From positions 1 through 43,971 of the IMG/VR virus record IMGVR_UViG_3300036520_000013: a stretch of 43,971 bases of DNA. One strand, written 5' to 3'. Below are positions 1-8,755 of this stretch, piece by piece. This stretch comes from a virus (Duplodnaviria; Caudoviricetes). A program made the position numbers and the translations under genes. How positions within the stretch are numbered: position 1 is the stretch's first letter; each line of letters opens with the position of its first letter. Under the pieces are notes generated by a model. The model was not told where the DNA came from. It ran no database searches and worked only from the letters and a program-made list of their open reading frames with translations.

Positions 1-309
1 ATGAGCGAATGGCAGACGATAGACAGCGCGCCGCGCGATGGCACGATGATCGAGCTATACAACGTCTCGCATGGAGAGCATGCGGTGATGGGCTGGAGCG
101 TCGGCTTTGATGACGAGACGTTCCCAGATGGATGCTGGACTAATGCGGGCGGGAAGAACAAAGCCATCCACGCTGTGACGCAGGACGGCTACTTCCAATA
201 CTGGCGCCCGCTTTCGCCGCCGAACGTTGAGTTCACCCCAGAGCGCATGATGGAGCTTTCGCAAATGAGCGAAGCGGAAGCTGCTCAAAGCCATTGGACC
301 AAGCCATGA
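1..309 (+). CDS. Phage hypothetical protein, DUF551-like
   Basis: WQTIDSAPRDGT N-terminus and YWRPL motif typical of this phage family. Confidence 0.7.
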   Translation: MSEWQTIDSAPRDGTMIELYNVSHGEHAVMGWSVGFDDETFPDGCWTNAGGKNKAIHAVTQDGYFQYWRPLSPPNVEFTPERMMELSQMSEAEAAQSHWTKP

Positions 310-488
310 CTTGGAAGATACCAGCCACGCCGAAAACCAAGCGAGCGTTTAAGTTATCATTGGGGTGCTGTCCGGAAGACCGCTTCACTGAGGCGGAGAC
401 ACGTCAGATAAGGCTTGAACTGCGGTCGGGAGTCTCCGCTGCGGAGGCAGAGCAGCGCAAGCGTAAATCTCCCACCTCCAACGCATAA
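306..488 (+). CDS. Hypothetical protein
   Basis: ATGA overlap with the upstream stop; MTWKIP start. Confidence 0.5.
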   Translation: MTWKIPATPKTKRAFKLSLGCCPEDRFTEAETRQIRLELRSGVSAAEAEQRKRKSPTSNA

Positions 489-514
489 CCCCTGTTCTAG
501 GTAAAGGATGGAAG

Positions 515-706
515 ATGGAAGACGTAATCTTAACTGCGAAGTTGGCAAGGTCGTGGGGAGCCACTGGCCGGCTGGTTTATTTACGCACTAGCGAAGGCAA
601 AGAGCCGGTGTTGGCTGAGGTCTGGCAATGTTTCCAAACAGGCGAGTTAGATTATCGACCGCTTCCACTCGTTGACCTGTCCCTCTCCCCACAGCAGAAG
701 GATTGA
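515..706 (+). CDS. Hypothetical protein
   Basis: AAGGA/GGAAG RBS-like sequence before ATG; 63-aa ORF. Confidence 0.6.
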   Translation: MEDVILTAKLARSWGATGRLVYLRTSEGKEPVLAEVWQCFQTGELDYRPLPLVDLSLSPQQKD

Positions 707-849
707 AGATGAGCACATTCTGGCGCGTCGTACTTGATCCAAGACCCGTACTGCTGACGCTACTTTCCCTATGCATAGCGCATGAGCTGGCTAAGCACCC
801 AGTGGTTTTCCCGCAGCGGCCCGTGGTGACTGAGAAGGATTGAAGATGA
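696..849 (+). repeat. 17-bp direct repeat AGAAGGATTGAAGATGA at 696-712 and 833-849 (variant at 504-517)
   Basis: Exact copies read from the sequence at consecutive gene junctions. Confidence 0.85.
709..843 (+). CDS. Small hypothetical protein (44 aa, MSTFWRVVLD...), not in ORF track
   Basis: Translated by hand; fills the gap exactly and is flanked by identical 17-bp junction repeats containing RBS, stop and start. Confidence 0.55.
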   Translation: MSTFWRVVLDPRPVLLTLLSLCIAHELAKHPVVFPQRPVVTEKD

Positions 850-1118
850 AAAGCCTAGTGGAACGACTGCAGTGGATGGACGAGGATTTCTGCCATGACA
901 CCCCGGCGACCGCGAGTGACATTGCGCAGGAAGCCGCCACCCAGCTAGAGGCCAAGGACAAGCTCATTGCTGAGCTGGTGGAGGCTTTGGACCAATCAGT
1001 TGAGTTGCTGCACATCATCAAGGAACATTGGGTGGACTACGACCACGTGTATTCTATCAATGATGCGGAGGGTCGCGCCCTTGTCTCCAAAGCAAGACAA
1101 CCTACCCCATCCCTATAG
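846..1118 (+). CDS. Phage hypothetical protein
   Basis: SLVERL...QEAATQLE coiled-coil pattern common in phage early genes; RBS AAGGA. Confidence 0.65.
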   Translation: MKSLVERLQWMDEDFCHDTPATASDIAQEAATQLEAKDKLIAELVEALDQSVELLHIIKEHWVDYDHVYSINDAEGRALVSKARQPTPSL

Positions 1119-1350
1119 ATGAATCAGGCGGGGCTAGCCGGAGACTGAGGCTCTTGCCGCGGCATCTTCCGCACCTGAGCTTGGCCACCAATGGGTTTGG
1201 ATCGGCAACGGCAACGAAGTCCGCACCAAGCCGATCGCAAAGCGCATCCAGATCCAGCTCTGCATAATGCTGGCAGGCTACATCCCCGCAATAGACGGTG
1301 ACGGTGAAACCTTCATCTCGGAGAGTGCCAAGGAGCCGATAGTCTCTCAT
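1102..1350 (-). CDS. Small Zn-binding hypothetical protein
   Basis: Start MRDYRLLGTL; C-x4-C-x-H and LRCGRC Cys pairs. Confidence 0.65.
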   Translation of the reverse strand: MRDYRLLGTLRDEGFTVTVYCGDVACQHYAELDLDALCDRLGADFVAVADPNPLVAKLRCGRCRGKSLSLRLAPPDSSIGMG

Positions 1351-1402
1351 GTGGGGAGATAGCAGGGCAGCCGGCCGGGGAGTCAATAAACGGCGGCGTG
1401 AG

Positions 1403-1594
1403 CTAGGTTGTGGGAGGCTGCGGAAGGTTGGCCGGGGGCTTGCCCGCAGGCTTGCGGATGATCTCGACGGGCTCATGCGTCCACGGGCCGTAGGGATCGC
1501 AGGCGAAGCATTTGACCATCAGCATAGCCAAAGGTCCGACGCGCTGCAGTTCCCAGTTCGCTTGCTTGCCGCACCGTTGGCACAGGCAGATCAC
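1403..1594 (-). CDS. Small Cys-rich hypothetical protein
   Basis: CQRC and CFAC pairs; start overlaps the upstream stop. Confidence 0.45.
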   Translation of the reverse strand: MICLCQRCGKQANWELQRVGPLAMLMVKCFACDPYGPWTHEPVEIIRKPAGKPPANLPQPPTT

Positions 1595-1971
1595 TTGCCA
1601 CCGCGCTCCCGCAGCCGACGCTCCACCTCGTCCGAGATTTCACGCTGGCGCTGCTCGTCCTCGACCCGATGCTCGTATAGCTCGGCAAAGCGTGTCAGGG
1701 CTTTTGACGTAGCCTCAAGATGCAGGTTGGTCCGCACCTGCTGTTGTACGAGCAAGCCGGTTTGCTCGATCAGCTCCTTGACCGGCCCCATGTCGGCAAG
1801 CTGGCCGGCAACGGCGAACTCTTTGGTTTCGGTCTTGGTGGGCTTCTTGCCTGTCACATAGTGGTAGGCGGAAAATACCGCGACAGCCGCCATGAACAGG
1901 AAGGTGCCGACAGTCTGCAGAGTGGGGTCAAGCCCTTCGATCACTGGCACGCTGGGATCGCCTTTCGTCAC
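1591..1971 (-). CDS. Single-TM coiled-coil membrane protein of the lysis region
   Basis: One hydrophobic helix followed by a charged coiled coil; downstream of endolysin. Confidence 0.65.
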   Translation of the reverse strand: MTKGDPSVPVIEGLDPTLQTVGTFLFMAAVAVFSAYHYVTGKKPTKTETKEFAVAGQLADMGPVKELIEQTGLLVQQQVRTNLHLEATSKALTRFAELYEHRVEDEQRQREISDEVERRLRERGGK

Positions 1972-2452
1972 CGATGTCTCTCCAAGCGTTTCGGACGCAC
2001 CAGACGCTTAGACCCAGAGGCAGCGGGTAAATCCCCGATCCCGAAGTTTGCACGGCAGAGACAGACATAACCACTTGCCACCAGACGAACACGGCGCCGA
2101 TGGCGGCAGCTCCGCGAACCAGCGGGGAATATCGAGAATAGGCTGTTTCGGAGAATGTGCCGTTGACGGTAAGCGCCAGCATCCAAATTCCGCCAGACAC
2201 CATGGAGATCATGCCCCAGGTGTCTTCATTCGTAATGCGGAGCATGCCTGCCCAAGCAGCAGCATTGCTCCAAGCCGCCCCAGGCTGAGCAAGTGTCCAC
2301 CCCCAATACATCCCCGTCGCGGCCATGGCCCATTCAACGAAGCGGGCGTCAAAATGCCTATGCACCCCTGTGATGACGCGAAGGAACATATTCTGTCTCG
2401 TTTGCGGTTTACCCGGCGGAAACGGTTCGCCCCGGATATTGGGTGTAGCCAT
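1928..2452 (-). CDS. Multi-TM membrane protein (holin-like), start uncertain
   Basis: About 4 hydrophobic segments; located in lysis cassette. Confidence 0.65.
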   Translation of the reverse strand: MATPNIRGEPFPPGKPQTRQNMFLRVITGVHRHFDARFVEWAMAATGMYWGWTLAQPGAAWSNAAAWAGMLRITNEDTWGMISMVSGGIWMLALTVNGTFSETAYSRYSPLVRGAAAIGAVFVWWQVVMSVSAVQTSGSGIYPLPLGLSVWCVRNAWRDIGDERRSQRASDRRA

Positions 2453-2524
2453 GCGGCGGAGTCCTATTCCGTCAGTGTGGTCAGGCCGGCTCAAGAGTTC
2501 CCGCTCCTGAGCTGGCCGCTTTGC

Positions 2525-2743
2525 TTACAACGCCGTGTTCTTGACGCTGACCTTGGCCCGATTGCTGATGAACGTGGAGAACACGTTCCAAGCCAGACCG
2601 CCGAGGAACATGGCCGAGCCTACAACGGCTGGCACATCGCCCTCAGTGATGAAGCCATGAGCAGCCAGGAGCATGCCACCCTCGGACAATATGCGGCGAG
2701 CGATCCAAGCAAGCGTGGTGGGGTTAAGAATGGTGTTGAGCAT
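2525..2743 (-). CDS. Putative holin (2 TM)
   Basis: 72 aa, two hydrophobic segments, basic C-terminus, directly after endolysin. Confidence 0.65.
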   Translation of the reverse strand: MLNTILNPTTLAWIARRILSEGGMLLAAHGFITEGDVPAVVGSAMFLGGLAWNVFSTFISNRAKVSVKNTAL

Positions 2744-2751
2744 GATAAGCC

Positions 2752-3468
2752 TCAGTTGAACGAGCGAATGATGAGGAAGGCCACGATGGAGAACACGATG
2801 GTGGCCACGATGAACCAGAGTGCTGGTCCCCTGGCAGGGGTCTCAGGCCGGGGAAGTGCAGGGATGGGCTGGGGATAGTGCGGGATGTCGGGCGGTGGCG
2901 GCAGGGTAACGCCCATGTCGGACGCTTGCAGTGCCGCTAGGAACTTGCTGGCATAGCCCGCAATCATGTCTGCCCGATCGGTGCCATTGATGACCCGGCG
3001 CATGTCCTTGAAGGTGGCGAAGTCACCAAGCTTCTTGCCGGTGAAGGTGCCGAGCATTGAGCCTTGAACCAGGATGCGAGCTGCGACGGATGGCTCCTGC
3101 ACGAGCTGCGGTTCTTTGATCAGATCAAGGCCGGTACGTTTGGACCAGTCCTGATAGTTGCGCCGGCCAGTGAGTTGGACAAAGCCGCGACCCATGAACT
3201 TCTTGCCATCGCCAGCTTGAACGTTGCCCAGATCCGCCCTGCCCTCATAGCGGTTCTGGGCAGTAGTCGGCCCCCATATCTCCCGCATGTACTTGAAAGC
3301 GCCAGTCTCGTGATGTGCAGTCGCTAGTATGTATGCGAGCTTGCGGGCGTCACCGTCGCCGTACTGCTCCCAGGCTTGGCCGATGGCGTTGAGGCTATCG
3401 ACCTGCGCCTGGTTCATTGCGCCGCCGTATAGAGCATTGCGCACCGACGCGAAGAACGCGGTGTCCAT
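2752..3468 (-). CDS. Endolysin, glycoside hydrolase family 19, with Pro-rich linker and C-terminal TM helix
   Basis: AYILATAHHET, GRGFVQLTGRRNY and RRVING GH19 motifs. Confidence 0.9.
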   Translation of the reverse strand: MDTAFFASVRNALYGGAMNQAQVDSLNAIGQAWEQYGDGDARKLAYILATAHHETGAFKYMREIWGPTTAQNRYEGRADLGNVQAGDGKKFMGRGFVQLTGRRNYQDWSKRTGLDLIKEPQLVQEPSVAARILVQGSMLGTFTGKKLGDFATFKDMRRVINGTDRADMIAGYASKFLAALQASDMGVTLPPPPDIPHYPQPIPALPRPETPARGPALWFIVATIVFSIVAFLIIRSFN

Positions 3469-3547
3469 GATCGTCTCCGATGTGTGAAAGGTTGATGCTT
3501 CAGGCCGCTAGGGCTAGTTAGGTGGCCGCACTATTGAGGATGACGCT

Positions 3548-5362
3548 TTGCCTACGCACCGTTCTGTCTGCGCCGCAGCCCTGCTTGCTGCCGTGATTTC
3601 TGGCCCTGCCGTAGGCGCTCCGCTTGTGATTGCACCCATGCTGCAAGGCGCTGAGCTTTGCGAGACCGCTGAGAAGCAAGGCATTGCGCCAGCCGAAGCT
3701 GAGCAATTGTGTCGCGAACTCGGGGAGAGTTCTGGCCCGCGCATTGACCGAATACTTTCACAGTTCGGACCAGCGCTATCGCCAAGTGGTGATTTCGCTT
3801 TGGGCTATACTCTGACCGTCCCGCTGCTCCGCTATTTCACACAGGCGAACGGTGAATGGAAGTTTGACCAAGAGCGGCTTGCCCATACTCTTAGTTCAAT
3901 CGAGGCAGTCAATAGGCCTGTTGTCGTCTATCTATTCTCGACGCACTTTGCGGCAGACGAAAATCCTGCCTCTCTTGAACAAACCTTAGCGGATGACCCT
4001 GCAAACTTGATGATGTTCTCGGACGGGCGCCCAGCACAAGACACCTATTTCCAAACGACTATCAATCCGTGGACGATTGCGGACATGAACGCCCCAATCA
4101 ACCAGTACCGGGAACAAGGGCTAAAGCAGGCGCTCGACGCCCTCTGCGCTCTCCCTGACGAAGCTCGCCAGCGCATTGTCGGCATTAATCTGCTTGGCGA
4201 AGTGCATCACTTCTTTCCCAATTTCTTTTCCGGCATGGGCTACGAAACCGGGATGAACTCGACTGACTATGGTCCGGCGTCGGTCGCCGCGTTTCAGCAG
4301 TTTCTTAGAGAGAAGTTCGGATCGATCTATTCCGCTAACCGAGCGTTGCAGACCACGTTTCCAAGTTTTGAAGCCATTCGCCCGCCGTCTAAAGATATCC
4401 GAACCGAGGGGCTATCCGACTTTACGGAACACCTTGACCCCTACGCGCACGGCACCTTTCCCGTTGGCGGATGGGCGTCCGGAGAGACGCCGCCATTCAT
4501 TCGTGTTTACCTCAATGGCGCCGAGGTGGCAGCTGGGCCAGCGACAGCCGGTCGGCAGGATGTACTTGAGGCGAAGCCGGAACTCGGGACCGCCAATGTC
4601 GGCTTTCGCTTCGATGTGCCTTTCCAAGACCAGCCGCCTGGCATCCACCGGCTTGTTGTTGAGGGGAGCGTAAATGGCTCCACTTATACAATCGCAGATC
4701 AGCGCATCATCATTATGAGCCGAGATCAGGCCGCGCCATCACAGATCCCATCGCATCCTTTGCCGGTTTCCCCGGTGATCGTCGGAGCGGCGCCGTTCTC
4801 AGCGTGGCTAGACATGCCACAAGCGGAGCAATCTTTTTTCTACAACCCACTTGCCGACTTGTGGCTACAGTTCCGCAACAAACAAGTTGCAGATTATGTG
4901 GAGCATTTCGCCAGTGTGGCTGGTGAAAGCTGCTTTGGTCGCGAAACTCTGTTCTCTCATCAAATAGCGCCTCGCTTCAATGCAAGCTGGAACGCTGATC
5001 TGATTGCCGTTGACCAAGCCTTAAAGCCGTCGCCTCTGCATGGGCTCGGCATCAACCTTTATGGTGGCGCTGCCTATGGCGATACATTCTTTGAGTGGCA
5101 GGCGCAGCACGGTCATACCCGATACGGAGTGCCTGAGTTCCACACCATGCGAGCCATGAGCCCAGAGGCAATAGCTGACATGTTCGAGCGCCACAAGGCA
5201 AGCGGCGCGGCTTACATTGCCCCCTATTTCGTGATGCTCACGCCTGAAACGTTCTTTTCCGAGACAGACACCAGTCACCGGCGCTTCATGATCTCGCCAG
5301 CCAATGACGAGTATGGGTCATCGTCGCTGTTCCGAGGCATTCAAGAGCTTATGAAGCGGTAG
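3548..5362 (+). CDS. Secreted clan GH-A / GH42-like glycoside hydrolase (moron)
   Basis: Signal-peptide-like N-terminus; FQQFLREKFGSI..AN..LQTTFPSFEAIRPP GH42-like segment; LLGE and GVPEF candidate catalytic Glu; opposite strand to late genes. Confidence 0.65.
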   Translation: MPTHRSVCAAALLAAVISGPAVGAPLVIAPMLQGAELCETAEKQGIAPAEAEQLCRELGESSGPRIDRILSQFGPALSPSGDFALGYTLTVPLLRYFTQANGEWKFDQERLAHTLSSIEAVNRPVVVYLFSTHFAADENPASLEQTLADDPANLMMFSDGRPAQDTYFQTTINPWTIADMNAPINQYREQGLKQALDALCALPDEARQRIVGINLLGEVHHFFPNFFSGMGYETGMNSTDYGPASVAAFQQFLREKFGSIYSANRALQTTFPSFEAIRPPSKDIRTEGLSDFTEHLDPYAHGTFPVGGWASGETPPFIRVYLNGAEVAAGPATAGRQDVLEAKPELGTANVGFRFDVPFQDQPPGIHRLVVEGSVNGSTYTIADQRIIIMSRDQAAPSQIPSHPLPVSPVIVGAAPFSAWLDMPQAEQSFFYNPLADLWLQFRNKQVADYVEHFASVAGESCFGRETLFSHQIAPRFNASWNADLIAVDQALKPSPLHGLGINLYGGAAYGDTFFEWQAQHGHTRYGVPEFHTMRAMSPEAIADMFERHKASGAAYIAPYFVMLTPETFFSETDTSHRRFMISPANDEYGSSSLFRGIQELMKR

Positions 5363-5600
5363 CCATATACCAAGCTGCAAAGGCAGGGTCGGCTTCCATA
5401 ATCCTTGGCACCTCCTCCTGCGGCACCTGGCCAGATCGGATGCACTCGGCAAGCGCTTGCCAAGCCTTTGGATCGCTTTCAACGTGCTGCGGAAGCTGGC
5501 GCAATGCATCAACAGCAGGCGCTACTTCCTTGTAGGGTCGCGCCTCGAGATAGGTGATGACGCCCGACAAAAGGGCCTCTGAAATCAGGTATTGGTTCAA
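5349..5600 (-). CDS. Small protein after tail fibre (possible fibre chaperone)
   Basis: YLEARPYKEVA motif; position. Confidence 0.6.
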   Translation of the reverse strand: MNQYLISEALLSGVITYLEARPYKEVAPAVDALRQLPQHVESDPKAWQALAECIRSGQVPQEEVPRIMEADPAFAAWYMATAS

Positions 5601-5608
5601 GTGACACC

Positions 5609-6931
5609 TTATGCGTTGAGTAGAGCGAGTTTCTTCACCGCGCCGTCTATGAGAATGGAAAGATACTGGCCCGTAGCAGATCCGGCCGAGCCGGTGACAA
5701 GCCCTGCAGAGGGGAACGCAAGCCCTAGATTGGCTTGCAGTGGGGCGCCAACCACCTGCACGACTGTTCCGGTGCTGCGCATGTAATGAGCGCCATCAGC
5801 CGTGAAAGCGATGCGATGGTTTGTTGCTAGGCGGATGGCTTCATTGGTGCTGTAAGTGGCATCGGCCAGATCAACACCTCGAACAAGCGAGCCTTGGTCG
5901 CGCAGCAGCGCCCCGCCCTCTCCCGTACCAGCGTCATCGCCATCGTTGAAGAATACCGCATAGGATATTGGTGCGGTGTTGGCGTATGCCATGCGGAACC
6001 GATTATCCAGTTCCGTGGGAATGGTGCTTGTCCAAAAGCCTCGCCCCCACTCATTGAGAGTGCCGGCGCCTGGAATACGATGGAGGGCTATGTTGACGCC
6101 GTTTCGGCTGGAGTCCGCGTCGGACCCTGTGGCCTTTGCTGTGACTTCAATGCCCAAGGCGCCGCCCGCCGTGCCGGATGGCATCCGGTCCTCGATGTCA
6201 AAGCAGCCTGCCCAGGTTGGCCCTGTGCCGCGCTTTTCCGCCTTGGAATAGCGAGCAACGTTCTCGCCTGCAGAGGCGTAGTTGACGAGCTGATCAAGCC
6301 CAGCCCAGTGATAATCAAGCGGGCCGTCCTCAACCGTGAGCGTCGTCCAAGATGCTGTCTTGACATTGCCGGCCGTGCCGCCTGCATAGTCCGCAGTTTT
6401 TTGCACACGAACGATGGACAGGTTAGCCTCTGCTGACGCCGAAGTAACATCGGCATAGAACATGAGGCTGTCGCCGTCAGTGCCGCTCAGCCCGGTGCTT
6501 TGGACATTGGTGCTGACGCCGGGGAAGTAGGTCTGCAGAACTGAGGCAGGAACACCAGAGGCAAGTTTGGAGAAGGTGATGCTGGCATCCGCGACAGTTA
6601 CGCCGGGGAGGAACAACGACCAGTCATCACCTTCAACAGGCGCCACACCAGTATTGTCCCGGTCAGCAATCCAGATGGTGCCGTTGTATTCAACCAGATT
6701 GCCTTTGAGGTACGCTGTCGGGGCTGCCCAGACGCCTTTGTAGAGCGAGCCCAGGGTCTGGCTGAGGACCGCCAGAAGTACGGTGCGCAGTTCAGACTTC
6801 TTGGGGCTGTGGGGCCCAGACTGAGGATCACCAACAGGCAAAGGCGCGTTGATTGGCTCACCTGGCAAGCCGTCTCCAGTGTAGCGGTTGAACTCCCTGA
6901 AAACTCTCAGAACGTCATCTTCTGCGGCCAT
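5609..6931 (-). CDS. Tail fibre / receptor-binding protein with carbohydrate-binding-like repeat
   Basis: N-terminal SGPHSPKKSELR anchor; KGVWAAPTAYLKGNLVEYNGTIWIA CBM5/12-like motif; last structural gene. Confidence 0.8.
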   Translation of the reverse strand: MAAEDDVLRVFREFNRYTGDGLPGEPINAPLPVGDPQSGPHSPKKSELRTVLLAVLSQTLGSLYKGVWAAPTAYLKGNLVEYNGTIWIADRDNTGVAPVEGDDWSLFLPGVTVADASITFSKLASGVPASVLQTYFPGVSTNVQSTGLSGTDGDSLMFYADVTSASAEANLSIVRVQKTADYAGGTAGNVKTASWTTLTVEDGPLDYHWAGLDQLVNYASAGENVARYSKAEKRGTGPTWAGCFDIEDRMPSGTAGGALGIEVTAKATGSDADSSRNGVNIALHRIPGAGTLNEWGRGFWTSTIPTELDNRFRMAYANTAPISYAVFFNDGDDAGTGEGGALLRDQGSLVRGVDLADATYSTNEAIRLATNHRIAFTADGAHYMRSTGTVVQVVGAPLQANLGLAFPSAGLVTGSAGSATGQYLSILIDGAVKKLALLNA

Positions 6932-6943
6932 GTTGCCCTCAAG

Positions 6944-6966
6944 AAAAAGGCCCGCCGAAGCGAGCC
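6944..6966 (-). terminator. Intrinsic terminator
   Basis: GGCTCGC-TTCG-GCGGGCC-TTTTT on the minus strand. Confidence 0.75.
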
Positions 6967-6997
6967 ATGTGGTTAGGATTAGTGGAAGGCGAGCCGC

Positions 6998-8755
6998 CTA
7001 TGGAACGACGATCTCTTCGTAGGGGAACGACCAGTCACCCGCGGAACTCAGAGCGCCGGTCCACCGAGCGCGGATCTCGTAAGTACCGGCCGTGACCGGG
7101 CCGAAGACCGCCGAGAGATTGTCGTCGGCAACTGCCATCTCTTGCCAGATTGAACCGGCGCCGGCTCGAATTTGCACCTGCAGAGTTAGGTCAGTTCGGC
7201 CGGGATCATCCACAGTGGCGGTGATGATGTCGTCCACGTCCGAAGTCAGCGCGATGATATCAGGAACAGGGAATGTCAGGTCTGGTGTTGTGTCCTGCGG
7301 AATGGCGGGGTTTTGCCCTTCCTCTGTCGCCGGGTTCCACTGGTAGGCTTCCTCGCTGATGGTCATAACCTCGATCTCTACGGAGGTCAGGTCAGATGCG
7401 AGCGAGAAGCCCGCGACATAGAACGCCTCGTCAATCTCAAGCTCGGCAATCTCTAGCGCGATGGTGCGCTCACCTAGAGCGTTGAGGCCGGTTAGGTTGG
7501 TCTTTACCCTGCCCTTCCAGCGCGGATTTGACTTGGCGATGTGGATCTTGGCGAGCCGCCTTGCCTGAGAGGGTGAAGGCACGAAGTCGAGGTCTAGGTC
7601 CGAGGGGATTGGCCCGCGTTCGTCCTGATCGGCAACATCGACCCAAGCTGTGGCTTCCATGGTCTGGAAGTCGTGCAGGGGCGAGGTGTACATGATCTTG
7701 AGTTCGTTGAAGGCCGAGAACCTGTCGTTGCCCTGCTCCATCGAGTGGCCAAGAATATCGCGCTCGGTGATCGTAACAGTTGGGATTTCCCACCGCCCGC
7801 CGCGGATAGCGATCTTGCCTTCCGAGTTCTGGTAAAGCTCTCCGTCACAGGTCGCCCGCATCTTACGCAGAATGTCTTCCGGCTCATCGTTGAGGCTGTA
7901 GACGCCCCAGAGCCGATAGCGCTTCTCCGTGCCACCAGCAGCCAGCGGGACAAGCTCATCGCACACGTTAGCAAACAGGGCGAAGCTGTTGAGGTCTACA
8001 TCGTCCAGCGTCTTCTTGAAGCCGTCTGGATGCACCAGATAGTCGAGGATGCAGAGCGCCGGATTATCGCTCCAAGCCGTTGTGCCGTTGCGCGGATCAT
8101 AGACCCGAGAGAGCCTGCACAAAGCCCGGACTGGAGTGTTGTGGCCTTCAGGGAATATCCGCTGAAAGTCTTCTTGCCGGGGAGAGCGGAACCGCACCAC
8201 GAAGTAGGCAATGCCGCGCAATTGATGCTGTGCTGTCCAGTAGTCGGGCAGGTATGTAGTCATGAGCCAGTCTGCAGCCTGGTCGGCAGTGCCCGTGTGG
8301 CCATAGATGTGGGCGTTATAGTATGTGGTGCCGCCGCTGCCGGTGATGCCGCCGCTTGCGCCTTCAACGGTCACGAAGGGTGCGGTTGTGACCTCGCCTG
8401 CTCCGTTGACTGAAACCTGTACGTCTCCGATGCGGTAGTGCTCGATGTAGTCGATCTCGCCGGAGTGCATCATCACGACTTGGTACAAGAAGCCTTCGCG
8501 GCTGTCGAAGAATGCACGAGTGCCGCCAAGCAGGGCATATCCATAGCCACGCAGACGAGGTGCTGTAGACTGGTTGATCACCGCCTGCGCTTGCGGTGTC
8601 TTCATCACTGGCGGCCGTGGCGCCATCAGCATGGACACGCCAAGCAAGGCCGCGCCGATGATCAGGTTTGCAGCAACGCCCGCAACGGCAGTTGAAAGGC
8701 CGATGCCAACAAGCGCAGTCGTCAGGTATCCGGCGATTGCCGTGAATATCGCCAT
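6998..8755 (-). CDS. Tail tip / central tail protein (gpJ-like)
   Basis: YGYALLGG, HQLRGIAY, VYDPR, WSDNPALCILDYL motifs; Ig/FN3-like C-terminus. Confidence 0.85.
   Translation of the reverse strand: MAIFTAIAGYLTTALVGIGLSTAVAGVAANLIIGAALLGVSMLMAPRPPVMKTPQAQAVINQSTAPRLRGYGYALLGGTRAFFDSREGFLYQVVMMHSGEIDYIEHYRIGDVQVSVNGAGEVTTAPFVTVEGASGGITGSGGTTYYNAHIYGHTGTADQAADWLMTTYLPDYWTAQHQLRGIAYFVVRFRSPRQEDFQRIFPEGHNTPVRALCRLSRVYDPRNGTTAWSDNPALCILDYLVHPDGFKKTLDDVDLNSFALFANVCDELVPLAAGGTEKRYRLWGVYSLNDEPEDILRKMRATCDGELYQNSEGKIAIRGGRWEIPTVTITERDILGHSMEQGNDRFSAFNELKIMYTSPLHDFQTMEATAWVDVADQDERGPIPSDLDLDFVPSPSQARRLAKIHIAKSNPRWKGRVKTNLTGLNALGERTIALEIAELEIDEAFYVAGFSLASDLTSVEIEVMTISEEAYQWNPATEEGQNPAIPQDTTPDLTFPVPDIIALTSDVDDIITATVDDPGRTDLTLQVQIRAGAGSIWQEMAVADDNLSAVFGPVTAGTYEIRARWTGALSSAGDWSFPYEEIVVP

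Noticed and set aside
5609-6931. Diversity-generating retroelement or invertase shufflon acting on the tail fibre
   Set aside because: No reverse transcriptase or invertase ORF, and no template/variable repeat pair or inverted crossover sites seen
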